DNA of 64,000 nt from Candidatus Magasanikiibacteriota bacterium (GCA_041665025.1 JBAYJP010000004.1:26311-90310); one strand, 5' to 3'. Positions 26,341 through 36,316 are shown, numbered from the stretch's first letter. The notes: a model not told the origin generated them from the letters alone. Program-made: numbers and translations.

Positions 26341-28376
26341 TGGACCTTAAAGGTTTTTTTTCTAATCACATAAAACCAATACTTTTTTCTTGGCGTCGTG
26401 TTGGTGTTTCTGTTCTTGTCGTTGCTGGGCTTGTGGGTATTTTTTTATTGGCGGGTTTTGGGTATGTGAAAGCATATGAAGGAAAAGTGCTACCCGGGAT
26501 TTTTATTGGGGATATATCAATCGGGGGAATGGACAAAGAGGAGCTGGGTAATTTTATCCGCCAGATGAATACTAAACTTTTGGATGAAGGTATTTTTGTT
26601 TCATTCCAGTCTGATGGTCAGAAAAAAGAATTCACTATCAACCCAGTCACCGTGGGGGATCAGACTGCCGAAGAATTGATTACATTAGACGTAGATAAAG
26701 AAATATCATACCTTTTGCAGTATGGACGCGGAGGTGGTTGGTTTGACACAGTCGTAAATACAGTCTTGACGCGCGTGCGTCAACCTCATCTCACATTACA
26801 AACAGTACAAATACAGAAAAATTATATTCTAGATCAGATTCGTGGATCTCTTGAGGGGTACATTGTTGAGCCTGTTGATTCAAATATACGTATAAAGACG
26901 CTCGCACCTCTTACGTATGAAGTGACATCGTCTACTCCGGGAAATACGTTTGATTATGAACAGGTATTAAGTACGGTGAAACGCTCATGGTCAGAATTAA
27001 CTTCTCCACAAGTAGCTATTACTTCATACACAAAAAATCCAACCATTGTTGAATCTGATGTGCAAGGAATGAGTAACCGATTACAAGCGGTTTTTACACC
27101 GGGCCGGCTTGATATACTTTTTACTGATCCATACACTACACGTGAATATACGTGGTTTGTTTCTCCAGAAGAAATGGCTTCGTGGATTGAAGTTGAGCGC
27201 GTATCTGATGGTTCACTCGTGTTTGGCCTCAACTATGAGCGTACCGTAGCTTTTTTGAAAAAAGATATTAGTGACGTCGTGAATGTGGAAGCTGAAGATG
27301 CAAAATTTAACGTGGCTTCAAATGGTAAGGTGGTAGAATTCCAAGGTTCGCGTCCTGGGGTTACGGTTGACCTTGAAAAAACATATGCAGATATCAATCA
27401 AGCATTTATTGGGCGTACATTGCATGACGAAGGGGTAGTGAAGGCAATCACGCTCACTACCATGCAGGTCGAACCAAATATAAAGACAGGCGAGGTGAAT
27501 GACTTGGGAATTTCTGAAGTTCTTGGTTTTGGCCATTCCAAATTTCGTGGCAGTCCAGGGAATCGTATAAAAAATATTCGTCATGCGGCATTTGATAAAT
27601 TGAATGGACTTTTGATCAAACCTGGTCAAGAATTTTCTTTGATACAAGCTTTGCAACCTTTTACGGTAGAAGATGGATATTTGCCTGAGCTGGTCATAAA
27701 AGGGGATAGGATAGTGCCAGAATTGGGTGGGGGTTTGTGCCAAGTGGGTACGACCATGTTTCGTGCTGCTATGAACTCCGGCCTTGTTATCACTGAACGT
27801 AGAAATCATTCGTTGGTTGTCCCTTATTACAATGATTTATCCAATGGAAATCCGGGGACAGATGCGACGATTTACGAACCTCATCCGGACTTTCGATTTT
27901 TAAATGACACAGGTAAACACATCCTCATAACTTCAGAATTCAATACACAAACATCTGACTTGTATTTTTATTTTTGGGGTACAAACGATGGCAGGAAAGG
28001 ATATTATTCTGCTCCGCAAGTTTCAAGGTGGATTCCCGCTGGTGAACCTCGTATGATAGAGACTACAGAACTTCCTGTAGGGAAAAAAGAGTGTCAGGAA
28101 GTACATATGGGGGCAGAGGCTAGTTTTACCTACACACGTGAACTTGCGTCTGGAGAAAAAATACAAAAAGTCTTTGAAAGCTATTATCGTCCGCTTCCTC
28201 AAATTTGTTTGGTAGGCGTAGAAAAAGTGGCTGAGACTACATGTCCAGAAGGACAAGAATGTCCAACAACTGAAATCCCTTCAGACACACCAATTGGCGA
28301 ACAGGGTTTTGATCCAAATGTTGACTTGTGGGGGAGTAATCCTCCAGCTGAAGCTGGTACGAGTACGGTTAATTAG
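26340..28376 (+). CDS. VanW family protein with peptidoglycan-binding domains
   Basis: N-terminal TM, RIKNI...LNGLLIKPGQEFS, GGGLCQVGTTMFRAA, ERRNHS, GTDATIY. Confidence 0.92.
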   Translation: MDLKGFFSNHIKPILFSWRRVGVSVLVVAGLVGIFLLAGFGYVKAYEGKVLPGIFIGDISIGGMDKEELGNFIRQMNTKLLDEGIFVSFQSDGQKKEFTINPVTVGDQTAEELITLDVDKEISYLLQYGRGGGWFDTVVNTVLTRVRQPHLTLQTVQIQKNYILDQIRGSLEGYIVEPVDSNIRIKTLAPLTYEVTSSTPGNTFDYEQVLSTVKRSWSELTSPQVAITSYTKNPTIVESDVQGMSNRLQAVFTPGRLDILFTDPYTTREYTWFVSPEEMASWIEVERVSDGSLVFGLNYERTVAFLKKDISDVVNVEAEDAKFNVASNGKVVEFQGSRPGVTVDLEKTYADINQAFIGRTLHDEGVVKAITLTTMQVEPNIKTGEVNDLGISEVLGFGHSKFRGSPGNRIKNIRHAAFDKLNGLLIKPGQEFSLIQALQPFTVEDGYLPELVIKGDRIVPELGGGLCQVGTTMFRAAMNSGLVITERRNHSLVVPYYNDLSNGNPGTDATIYEPHPDFRFLNDTGKHILITSEFNTQTSDLYFYFWGTNDGRKGYYSAPQVSRWIPAGEPRMIETTELPVGKKECQEVHMGAEASFTYTRELASGEKIQKVFESYYRPLPQICLVGVEKVAETTCPEGQECPTTEIPSDTPIGEQGFDPNVDLWGSNPPAEAGTSTVN

Positions 28377-28425
28377 TTTGTATTTTTTAAGTTGTTTTTT
28401 GTAAGATTTAATCCGTATAGATTAT

Positions 28426-28523
28426 TTTTTTCTTCGGCAGCGCAACTCACCCCGTCCCGAATACTCGGGACACCCCTCTCTTACTAAGAGAGGGGTCGGG
28501 GGTGAGTTGTGTGGAAGAAAAAA
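28426..28523. repeat. GC-rich nested palindromic (REP-like) element, copy 1
   Basis: cttcggcagcgcaactcacccc ... ggggtgagttgtgtggaag enclosing gtcccga-atac-tcgggac and cccctctctt-act-aagagagggg. Confidence 0.8.
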
Positions 28524-28640
28524 TAGACTTGTATTTTTATCGAACAGGAAAATTTCGTAATTGGGACTATTGAACTTGTCGATTATATATTAAAATTGGC
28601 TAATTTAAGCCAATTTTTTGTTTTTCCCACAGGTGGTGTC

Positions 28641-28669
28641 TTGACAATAATGCTTGGGTATGTTATTAT
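28641..28669 (+). promoter_or_regulatory. Sigma70-type promoter
   Basis: TTGACA-17 nt-TATTAT with TG at the extended -10. Confidence 0.65.
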
Positions 28670-28675
28670 ATGCTG

Positions 28676-28782
28676 TTATTTAACAGTAGACGAAAGTAAA
28701 AGTGATATAGAGGAATATGTGTTTTGTTGTCCTGTACAACGTAAACACATACTCTCCTGTATCGGTTTGTTAGTTTGTTGAA
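28676..28782 (+). ncRNA. Candidate rod-like hairpin sRNA
   Basis: gatatagagga-atatgtgttt-tgttgt/acaacg-aaacacata-ctctcctgtatc long stem immediately downstream of the promoter. Confidence 0.35.
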
Positions 28783-28901
28783 TGTGGTTGTACAGTAATA
28801 GTAAAGAACACAATTCAATATACATCTCCCCAAAGAGACGAGGATTCAGAATCGTACATATTTAGAAGAAGTTTTGTGAAATAAATATGTATAATCCTGT
28901 A

Positions 28902-29040
28902 TCCACGACAAGCATGGGGGTGTGTTGTAGGGTAGCACAGGCTACGGCTCGTCTTTTCCTCTAACACACCTTCTTGGGTACGGGTAAGGTTCATCCTTAC
29001 ATGCAAATAGCCCTCCGGATAATCTCCGGAGGGTTTTGTT
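28902..29040 (+). ncRNA. Candidate structured sRNA with terminator
   Basis: TATAAT at 28890-28895; stems ggggtgtgttg/taacacacctt, gtagc/gctac, gtaagg/ccttac; terminator ccctccgga/tccggaggg-tttt. Confidence 0.4.
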
Positions 29041-29041
29041 A

Positions 29042-29070
29042 TTGACAAAATAAGATATATGTGATATAGT
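29042..29070 (+). promoter_or_regulatory. Sigma70-type promoter
   Basis: TTGACA-17 nt-TATAGT with TG at the extended -10. Confidence 0.65.
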
Positions 29071-29152
29071 GATCCGTTTATTATACACGCAATAGCAACA
29101 TTGTTGTGGTTCGTGTTGTAAACAACGTCCATTACAATTCACCACACTTTTT

Positions 29153-29204
29153 GTGAATAGAGTATTTGGGATTATTGAAAAATATTTTCAAATACTCTAT
29201 TCAC
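29153..29204. repeat. Perfect 16-bp inverted repeat
   Basis: gtgaatagagtatttg ... caaatactctattcac. Confidence 0.85.
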
Positions 29205-29295
29205 GTGTCGCCCGAAGTTATCGGGTGAGTGATACTCGAGAAGACAGGAGAGTTCCAATACCGAGCAGAAGGGAACGACGAGCAAGCGTCTCGCC

Positions 29296-29664
29296 GTGGT
29301 TGTGCTGATCGGAGTGAACTTATGGCTCGCGGTCGCGTTGTATACGCCGTCGGCCATGGAGTCGATCCAGATCGAGCAGTGCGACATCACGGCAGGGTTC
29401 CTGCCGGGGAAGGAGGTGTACAGCTGCGATCTGTTCGACTACGATGCGAATTTCCTCGAGGCGATTGTGATCGAGGAAGATGAACGTTTCCAATGGCACT
29501 GCACCCTAGGCGTCGAGTATATCAGATGTATCGACGCGACGGGCCATGCGGTCTGGCCCGAGAAGAGCACGGCCATGTGCCCGTTCACGGGCAGCATGCC
29601 GAGCTGTCCCGAGGCCCTCGGGGGTGCTGCCGAGCCGATGGTGGTCGTGCTGCCGAGCCAGTGA
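29296..29664 (+). CDS. Small Cys-rich putatively secreted protein in a GC-rich fragment
   Basis: Hydrophobic N-terminus, six Cys, GC-rich third codon positions in this frame; start uncertain (GTG 29296 or an upstream ACG). Confidence 0.5.
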   Translation: MVVLIGVNLWLAVALYTPSAMESIQIEQCDITAGFLPGKEVYSCDLFDYDANFLEAIVIEEDERFQWHCTLGVEYIRCIDATGHAVWPEKSTAMCPFTGSMPSCPEALGGAAEPMVVVLPSQ

Positions 29665-29802
29665 CGAGGAGGGGTGTGGTGATTCGGACCCGACCAAGTC
29701 GGGGCCGTGGACGCCATCGGTGACGCCGTCGTGAGACGATCGTCACCGGCCCTTCTTTTGTGTATCAATGTTGATATATAGAAGAAGAGAAAATATTTTT
29801 AT

Positions 29803-29833
29803 AAAAAAGACTGGCGTTAGACGTCAGTCTTTT
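29803..29833. terminator. Bidirectional intrinsic terminator
   Basis: aaaaaagactggcgt-tag-acgtcagtctttt. Confidence 0.75.
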
Positions 29834-29896
29834 GTTTCTATAAACATGTGGTAGGAAAGATTCCTCCCCGCCTTGGGCGGATCGGAATGAACTTAT

Positions 29897-30505
29897 TTAC
29901 TCAATCATTTTATCCACTATACCATATTCAACCGATTCTTTTGCAGTCAAGAAATAATCTCGATCAGTATCTTTTTCAACTTTTGCTATTTCTTGTCCTG
30001 TATGTTTTGACAGGATATGGTTTAATTGGTCTTTGGTTTTCAAGATGCGTTCTGCATGAATTTTTATATCACTTGCTTGGCCTTGCATGCCACCCATGAC
30101 TTGGTGGATCATGACTTCACTGTTGGGAAGACAAAATCGTTTCCCTTTTTTGCCCGCTGCCAATAGCACTGACGCCATACTGGCTGCAAGCCCGATACAC
30201 ACTGTCGAAACATCGGATTTGATGTATTGCATGGTATCGTACACCGCAAGCCCAGCAGTGACTGAACCACCAGGAGAATTGATGTACAATTTGATATCCT
30301 TATCCGGGTCTTGGTTATCCAAAAAGAGTAATTGCGCAATGACAATATTTGCCACATGATCATCTATTTCTGTACCAAGGAAAATAATACGGTCCTTGAG
30401 CAGGCGTGAATAAATGTCATAGGCTCGTTCGCCGTACGATGTCTTTTCAATAACTGTTGGAACGAGGATTTGGTTATGGAGTGGGGATAATGTGTCGATA
30501 GACAT
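29897..30505 (-). CDS. clpP: ATP-dependent Clp protease proteolytic subunit
   Basis: [40 protein letters not shown]. Confidence 0.97.
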   Translation of the reverse strand: MSIDTLSPLHNQILVPTVIEKTSYGERAYDIYSRLLKDRIIFLGTEIDDHVANIVIAQLLFLDNQDPDKDIKLYINSPGGSVTAGLAVYDTMQYIKSDVSTVCIGLAASMASVLLAAGKKGKRFCLPNSEVMIHQVMGGMQGQASDIKIHAERILKTKDQLNHILSKHTGQEIAKVEKDTDRDYFLTAKESVEYGIVDKMIE

Positions 30506-30521
30506 ATTTTATTGTTAATAG

Positions 30522-30545
30522 TAAGATCAGAAGATCGAAAGATCA
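30522..30545. repeat. Arm (8-mer aagatcnn) of four-helix-bundle cassette 2
   Basis: taagatcagaagatcgaaagatca; contains the cargo stop codon. Confidence 0.85.
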
Positions 30546-30899
30546 TTTTTTGAGTGAATTAATATACAAATTAAGATCTTTTGTAAGTTGTTTATACAGA
30601 TTATTTATATGAATAAATTCTTCTTTTGTTAAATAATTTTTGCCGAATGCTACAGACAAGTGACTTCTTGCTTCGGCTATTTCACCGCGTGATATATACA
30701 GAATTCTTTTTTTGTCTGCATAATAAAATCTTCCATGAGATTCAGCTATATTCGCAATGATACTATTTGCAGATCGTACTGTCTGTGACACGAGAGCATA
30801 TTTTTCCCATTCAGGATATTTTTCCGTAATGGTATATACATACATAAGAGCATTATAGCCATTTTTCCATATACCAAGCTCATAAAACTCTTTGTACAT
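30543..30899 (-). CDS. Four helix bundle protein (23S rRNA IVP / TIGR02436 family)
   Basis: FYELGIW, YPEWEKYALVSQTVRSANSIIANIAESHGR, ISRGEIAEARSHL. Confidence 0.92.
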   Translation of the reverse strand: MYKEFYELGIWKNGYNALMYVYTITEKYPEWEKYALVSQTVRSANSIIANIAESHGRFYYADKKRILYISRGEIAEARSHLSVAFGKNYLTKEEFIHINNLYKQLTKDLNLYINSLKK

Positions 30900-30902
30900 A
30901 TA

Positions 30903-30926
30903 TGATCTTTTGATCTTACGATCTTA
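30903..30926. repeat. Inverted arm of four-helix-bundle cassette 2
   Basis: tgatcttttgatcttacgatctta; its reverse complement matches 30522-30545 at 21/24. Confidence 0.85.
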
Positions 30927-30945
30927 TAATCATATAGTACTTTAT

Positions 30946-31920
30946 TTATGCCATTTTTTCAATTGTAGATAAGACTTCCCGCAAAGCACTATCCATTGTC
31001 CCCGACACACTAAATCCCGCCGCCTTCTTGTGTCCACCGCCACCAAACGCATGTGCAATATGTGAAACATCAATATCATCGCGCGTAGTACGCATGCTTA
31101 TTTTAATAGTATTGTCATTTCTTTCTCTAAATACAAGCGTGGCTCTCCCTTCTGACAAATTATTCATAAGATTGGCAATGCCCTCGAGTTCTGGTTCGGT
31201 AATATGATATATATTCATGTCTTCTTGCGTTACATAGGTATACACCATATCTGTCTTTTCATCATGCATAAGCCGGTTTAATATAATGCCCCAGATCTTG
31301 AGCGTTTCAAATCTTTTATCATGTAGTAAATTTTTTCTGATAAGCGAGATATGAGCTCCTTTTTTTACGAGGCTGCTTGCAATAGACAGTGCTTTGCGCG
31401 AAGTCCCTGAATTGGAAAAGTTTGTCGTATCAGTAAATAATCCGGTGAGAAGCGCAGTTGCTATGTCAGGAGTAATTCTAATTCCATTTTGCACCATGTA
31501 ATAGTATATGACTTCTGTGGTTGAGGAAGCTTGTTCAATAATAAGCTTGTAATCCCCATAACCAGCATTGGTGCGATGATGATCTATGTTTATAAGAGGA
31601 TATATTTTTTCTTTTGGCAGGAATGGCTCGATTCCTGCGTACTTCAGATCTCCCGAATCACATACAATTATCGCACCCCAGTTTTGTTTGAATAATTCTG
31701 TGTCTTGCGATGTTTCTAAAATATAGGGTATATAGTGGAATTGTGCAGGAATAGGGGAGACGCAAAATAATTGGAATTTTTTACCGAGTGATTGGAGCAT
31801 GCCAGCCATGGCAGAAAGAGAACCAACCGCGTCACCGTCTGGATTTTGATGTGCCACAACCAAAAAGTTGTCATGTTCAGTGATGATATTGTGAATGAGT
31901 TTTGTTGTTCTTTCCAACAT
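30946..31920 (-). CDS. DHH/DHHA1 phosphoesterase (NrnA-like)
   Basis: HQNPDGDAVGS, IDHHRTN, TDTTNF, GGGGHKKAAG. Confidence 0.92.
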   Translation of the reverse strand: MLERTTKLIHNIITEHDNFLVVAHQNPDGDAVGSLSAMAGMLQSLGKKFQLFCVSPIPAQFHYIPYILETSQDTELFKQNWGAIIVCDSGDLKYAGIEPFLPKEKIYPLINIDHHRTNAGYGDYKLIIEQASSTTEVIYYYMVQNGIRITPDIATALLTGLFTDTTNFSNSGTSRKALSIASSLVKKGAHISLIRKNLLHDKRFETLKIWGIILNRLMHDEKTDMVYTYVTQEDMNIYHITEPELEGIANLMNNLSEGRATLVFRERNDNTIKISMRTTRDDIDVSHIAHAFGGGGHKKAAGFSVSGTMDSALREVLSTIEKMA

Positions 31921-31949
31921 ATGCGGTAAACAACTTGTATTAGTCCAGG

Positions 31950-32027
31950 TAGAACACAGATTTAACAGATGAAACAGATTTTAACAGATCCGTTTGTATC
32001 AGTTTGATCCGTTAAATCCGTGTTCTA
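31950..32027. repeat. Tandem-inverted element (9-mer aacagat/atccgtt arms)
   Basis: tagaacacagatttaacagatgaaacagat ... atccgttaaatccgtgttcta. Confidence 0.85.
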
Positions 32028-32135
32028 TTAAGTAGTCTTAGTAAGACCCATATCTCTTACGAGAGCTAGACAGTATATAAGAGTTTTATATTGTTGTCAA
32101 GCTCTCATAGAGGGTGTATACTATCTCTGTTTTTA

Positions 32136-32170
32136 TTTGAATTTTGACATTTGAGTTTTGAGTTTGTCAT
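32136..32170. repeat. Single heptamer arm (tttgagt type) ending just before smc
   Basis: tttgaattttgacatttgagttttgagtttgtcat. Confidence 0.7.
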
Positions 32171-32174
32171 AAAT

Positions 32175-35100
32175 ATGTACGTTAAACGTATAGAAATAAA
32201 TGGCTTCAAATCGTTTGCATCACATGCAGTGCTTGAGTTTGTTGCACCCCATATTGGCAGGCATAGTATTACGGCAATTGTAGGTCCAAATGGGGCCGGA
32301 AAGAGCAATATTGTGGATGCGATTCGCTGGGTATTGGGCGAACAAAGTATGAAAAATCTTCGCGGTAAAAAAAGCGAAGATATTATTTTTGCTGGTTCTG
32401 TGGGCAAAGGCAGAATGAGTTTGGCAAGCGTTACCATGGTCCTCGATAATGTGGATCACCGCGCGCCTATTGAATACGAAGAATTGATAATTTCTCGCCG
32501 GTTCTATCGCACGGGTGAGAGTGAATATATACTCAATGAAAATCCTGTTCGCTTATTGGATTTGCAAATTTTATTAGCCCAAGCCCAATTTGGGCAAGGA
32601 TCGTATTCACTCATTGGACAAGGAACGATTGACCGACTGTTACTTCAAACTCCTGCAGAACGAAAAGGATTTTTTGACGAAGCGGTAGGTATAAAAGAAT
32701 TTCAAATCAAACGGCATCATGCCATGCTCAAACTAACGCATACCAAAGAAAATGTTACTAAAGCACAAGCTCTATTACAAGAAATTGAACCGCGCCTCAA
32801 ATCGCTTAAGCGCCAAGTGAACAAACTTGAAAAAAGACAAGAAGTAGAAATTTCTCTGCGCGATTGGCAGGAACAATATTATTATACGCAACATAAGAAA
32901 CTGGCTTCGACAATCGCAGATATTCAATCGCAGTACGACGAATTGAATAGCGTATACACCGAATTATCAAAACAATTGTCATCTATCCAGCATGAACTTG
33001 CACGTTTGGCACAAGAAAAATCCCGCGGAGAAATGTTTGTGGAGTTACAGCGTGAGTATCAAGAACTTGTGCAAAAGAAAAATGATTTTGAGCGTGAATA
33101 TGCACAGCTTTCGGGAAAACTCCAAACTGAATATACAAAAGCGGGACAGCAAAATATTAGTTGGCTTGAACAAAAAGTTGATGAATTAAGCATACAAGAA
33201 AAAGATTTAAAACAAGAACTTCAGCGCATGCGCAACGAGCGCGCTGGATTTCAAAGCAACATCCTCACTATTCAGCAGACACTCGATGAAATTCAGCAAA
33301 AACGCGTGTTACTCCATAATGAACGGCTGCGTTTGGAACAGCAAGCTCGCGATATTGAACAAGGCAAGGATTTGTCGCAAATAGAAGGTCTGCGCGCAGT
33401 GAGCGCTATACTTCGCGAGCGAGATATTGTAGCGCAGGGTGCTATTCATGGCATGGTGGCGGAACTTGCAACAGTCGATGATACATATCGTTTGGCTCTA
33501 GAAGTCGCGGCACAAAGTCATCTTACCTCGATTGTCGTAGAAAATGATCGCGTGGCTCAAACATGTATTGAATATTTGAAGAAAAAAGAATTGGGCGTGG
33601 GAACCTTTTTACCACTCAATACGATCAAAGGACGTCTTATTCCCAATGATGTCAGAGACCTGGAGCATCACGACGGCGTGTGTGGACTTGCGACTAATTT
33701 GGTAAATTATAATGCAAAATTTGAAAATATTTTTTCATACGTGTTTGGTTCCACACTTGTCATTGATTCGATTGAGACTGCGCGTATGATTGGTATTGGG
33801 CGTGTGCGTATGGTAACGCTCGAAGGTGATGTGTTTGAAGTCAGCGGTTCTATGAAAGGCGGGTATCGTCGCAAAATGCGTGGTGCAGTATCATTTGGAC
33901 ATGGTGGACGCGATGCCCAACATAATTCTCTTGAGCATATACGTGAACGCGTGCAAAAAATAGAACAAGAAATGATGCAGTTTGAACGGGATTATGAGAA
34001 CAAACGCGAACAGCTGATACAAGCCAAGACATCGGATAGTATTGCGGAAGAAAAATTATCACTTCTCGAGACACGCATGCGCGAGATAACGCAAGAATTG
34101 TCTGGTTTGCAGCAAGAGCTTTCCTTGTTTACCTTGAATCCAGAAGAATACAAAACTCTGAAACATTCATTATCAACAGATCGTGATACCATTCGTGTGA
34201 ATATTGACGAACTTGAAAAAAAGATTACTGGTATTAATCAAAAGATGAATCGTCTGAATGCCGAGGAAGACGAAAAAAGAGCACGCATCTTTTCTTTGCA
34301 AGATGAAATGCAACACAAACAGCAAGAAGTAAATACGCATGGAGACAGGCGCCATTCATTGCAATTGGAAATTGCTAAATTGCAAACACATCAGGAAGAT
34401 TTGGAACAAGAAATATTCAATGAACTAAAAATGGGCGTTGTTGCTTTGTATGACAAAAAAGTTAAGATACTAGACGAACAAGAAACAGAACGCGCAAAAG
34501 TGGAAATTGAAAAATTAAAATATACCTTGAGTCTTATTGGAGGCATTGACGTGGAAGTCGTGGGTGAATTTGAAGAAACCAAACAGCGCTATGAAACATT
34601 ATCAAGTGAACTTGAAGATTTAAGTAAAGCATCAGAAGATTTGGAAGAAATGATCGTTGAACTTGATGAACTGATGAAAAAGAAACATGCCCAGGCTTTT
34701 AAGAAAATTAAAAAAGAATTTTCACGCTATTTTTCATTATTATTTGAAGGCGGTGAAGCAGAACTTGCGGAACTCTATGGCGAAGAAAAGAAAGAAGACG
34801 ATGAAACCGCACTTACGGCAGATTCACAGCCTGTGCTTGGTAGTGAAGAAGCAGGGGAGACTGAAACTTTGCACGTAGGTAAAAAGAAGCAGCAAATATT
34901 GCAGGGCGTTGAAGTGTTTGCATGTCCTCCAGGAAAGAAGATCAAAAATATTGCTGCACTTTCTGGTGGTGAACGCACACTCACATCGATCGCCCTACTT
35001 TGTGCCATTCTCAAAACCAATCCATCACCATTTGTCATTTTGGATGAGGTCGAAGCTGCACTCGATGAAGCAAACACTCTGCGCTTTACCAAAATTCTTC

Positions 35101-35249
35101 ACGAACTTGCAGAACAGTCACAGTTTATTGTCATCACGCATAACCGCGTTACTATGCACGCGGCAGACACACTCTATGGCGTGACCATGGGGAACGATGG
35201 GATGAGTAAGTTGGTGAGTGTGAAGCTTGATACGGTGAATGCAAAATGA
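32175..35249 (+). CDS. smc: Chromosome partition protein Smc
   Basis: GFKSF, VGPNGAGKSNIVDA, hinge domain, LSGGE, ILDEVEAALD, ITH; start at ATG 32175. Confidence 0.95.
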   Translation: MYVKRIEINGFKSFASHAVLEFVAPHIGRHSITAIVGPNGAGKSNIVDAIRWVLGEQSMKNLRGKKSEDIIFAGSVGKGRMSLASVTMVLDNVDHRAPIEYEELIISRRFYRTGESEYILNENPVRLLDLQILLAQAQFGQGSYSLIGQGTIDRLLLQTPAERKGFFDEAVGIKEFQIKRHHAMLKLTHTKENVTKAQALLQEIEPRLKSLKRQVNKLEKRQEVEISLRDWQEQYYYTQHKKLASTIADIQSQYDELNSVYTELSKQLSSIQHELARLAQEKSRGEMFVELQREYQELVQKKNDFEREYAQLSGKLQTEYTKAGQQNISWLEQKVDELSIQEKDLKQELQRMRNERAGFQSNILTIQQTLDEIQQKRVLLHNERLRLEQQARDIEQGKDLSQIEGLRAVSAILRERDIVAQGAIHGMVAELATVDDTYRLALEVAAQSHLTSIVVENDRVAQTCIEYLKKKELGVGTFLPLNTIKGRLIPNDVRDLEHHDGVCGLATNLVNYNAKFENIFSYVFGSTLVIDSIETARMIGIGRVRMVTLEGDVFEVSGSMKGGYRRKMRGAVSFGHGGRDAQHNSLEHIRERVQKIEQEMMQFERDYENKREQLIQAKTSDSIAEEKLSLLETRMREITQELSGLQQELSLFTLNPEEYKTLKHSLSTDRDTIRVNIDELEKKITGINQKMNRLNAEEDEKRARIFSLQDEMQHKQQEVNTHGDRRHSLQLEIAKLQTHQEDLEQEIFNELKMGVVALYDKKVKILDEQETERAKVEIEKLKYTLSLIGGIDVEVVGEFEETKQRYETLSSELEDLSKASEDLEEMIVELDELMKKKHAQAFKKIKKEFSRYFSLLFEGGEAELAELYGEEKKEDDETALTADSQPVLGSEEAGETETLHVGKKKQQILQGVEVFACPPGKKIKNIAALSGGERTLTSIALLCAILKTNPSPFVILDEVEAALDEANTLRFTKILHELAEQSQFIVITHNRVTMHAADTLYGVTMGNDGMSKLVSVKLDTVNAK

Positions 35250-35267
35250 TGAATTGTGAGACCAAAT

Positions 35268-35299
35268 AAAAAAACCACTAGTGAGAATTGGTGGTTTTT
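35268..35299. terminator. Bidirectional intrinsic terminator
   Basis: aaaaaaaccacta...tggtggttttt. Confidence 0.7.
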
Positions 35300-35383
35300 A
35301 AGTTAATGAGATTGCGAGTCATTGTTATCGGATGAAGTAGTAATAAATCGGTCTCTCATCAATTCTATAAATTTTGTAAATTA

Positions 35384-35683
35384 TTATTTAAGTTTTTTTA
35401 ATCCTCTTGTTAATAAATCGACAGGTAATTCAGTATTTGGTGCTGATCTGTAGGATACTGGTTTGTGAGATTCTCTAGGTAGAATGGGTTTTTTTTCACC
35501 TATCTCTTCTCTTAGGGCATCAAGCGTAACCCCGACAAATATACATATTTCCTCTCGTGTTTTAATGTCTTTAATTCCTCGTTCATTCAATAAATGAAAG
35601 ACACGTGAGCGATCACCATGAGGACCAATAGCGTTAGCGATTTCTTTAGAGATATCTCTAATATTAATTTTTTCTTTTGACAT
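35384..35683 (-). CDS. Hypothetical protein (99 aa)
   Basis: ORF with plausible composition in its own intergenic slot. Confidence 0.55.
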   Translation of the reverse strand: MSKEKINIRDISKEIANAIGPHGDRSRVFHLLNERGIKDIKTREEICIFVGVTLDALREEIGEKKPILPRESHKPVSYRSAPNTELPVDLLTRGLKKLK

Positions 35684-35973
35684 ATAATAATTGAATTAAA
35701 TAAGAGACCTTAGACTAATACACAATGATTATTATACCTTTGGTTTATACACCCTAATTTTATTATATCAAATATGCATTTTTTGCCAACTGTTTAGTAT
35801 TATTAATAGTTTTTGGTATTTAGTATCTTTTTTTCTCTCGTTCAAGCCAAGAACTTGACATGATTAGGGTCCTGTGGTATCCTTTGGAGCGTATAAACCG
35901 TCGCCCGTCCTTCTTAAAAAGCGGGCAAACATCGCTCTCACGATATCGGTTTTAATAAATAATAAGAATAATT

Positions 35974-36309
35974 ATGTTAATGATTCGATTACAGCGGGTA
36001 GGCAAGAAGAAACAACCAAGCTATCGTTTTATTGTTTCTGACAAATTGCACGATACCCAATCAAAGAACGTAGAAGTCTTGGGGATTTACAATCCAATGG
36101 TCAAACCAAAGGTTATTGAACTCAAGAAAGAACGAGTTGAATATTGGCTCAAGGTTGGTGCACAAATGTCGAGCACGGTTAATAATTTGTTTATTACGCA
36201 AGGCATTATCAAAGACGGAAAAAAGAAAAAATCAGTTTTTTTGAGCACACGTAGAAAAGTAAAAATTGCGGCAAAGAAGGAAAAACCAGCTGAAGCGCCA
36301 GCGGCTTAA
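35974..36309 (+). CDS. rpsP: 30S ribosomal protein S16
   Basis: MLMIRLQRVGKKKQPSYR, EVLGIYNP, YWLKVGAQMS. Confidence 0.95.
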   Translation: MLMIRLQRVGKKKQPSYRFIVSDKLHDTQSKNVEVLGIYNPMVKPKVIELKKERVEYWLKVGAQMSSTVNNLFITQGIIKDGKKKKSVFLSTRRKVKIAAKKEKPAEAPAA

Positions 36310-36316
36310 ATTTAGA

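Noticed and set aside
29229-29768. Multiple overlapping ORFs in the GC-rich fragment
   Set aside because: High GC suppresses stop codons; only the 29296-29664 frame has a protein-like signal and codon pattern.
19492-30899. Diversity-generating retroelement suggested by Avd-like four-helix-bundle genes
   Set aside because: No reverse transcriptase and no TR/VR pair differing at adenines was seen in the window.
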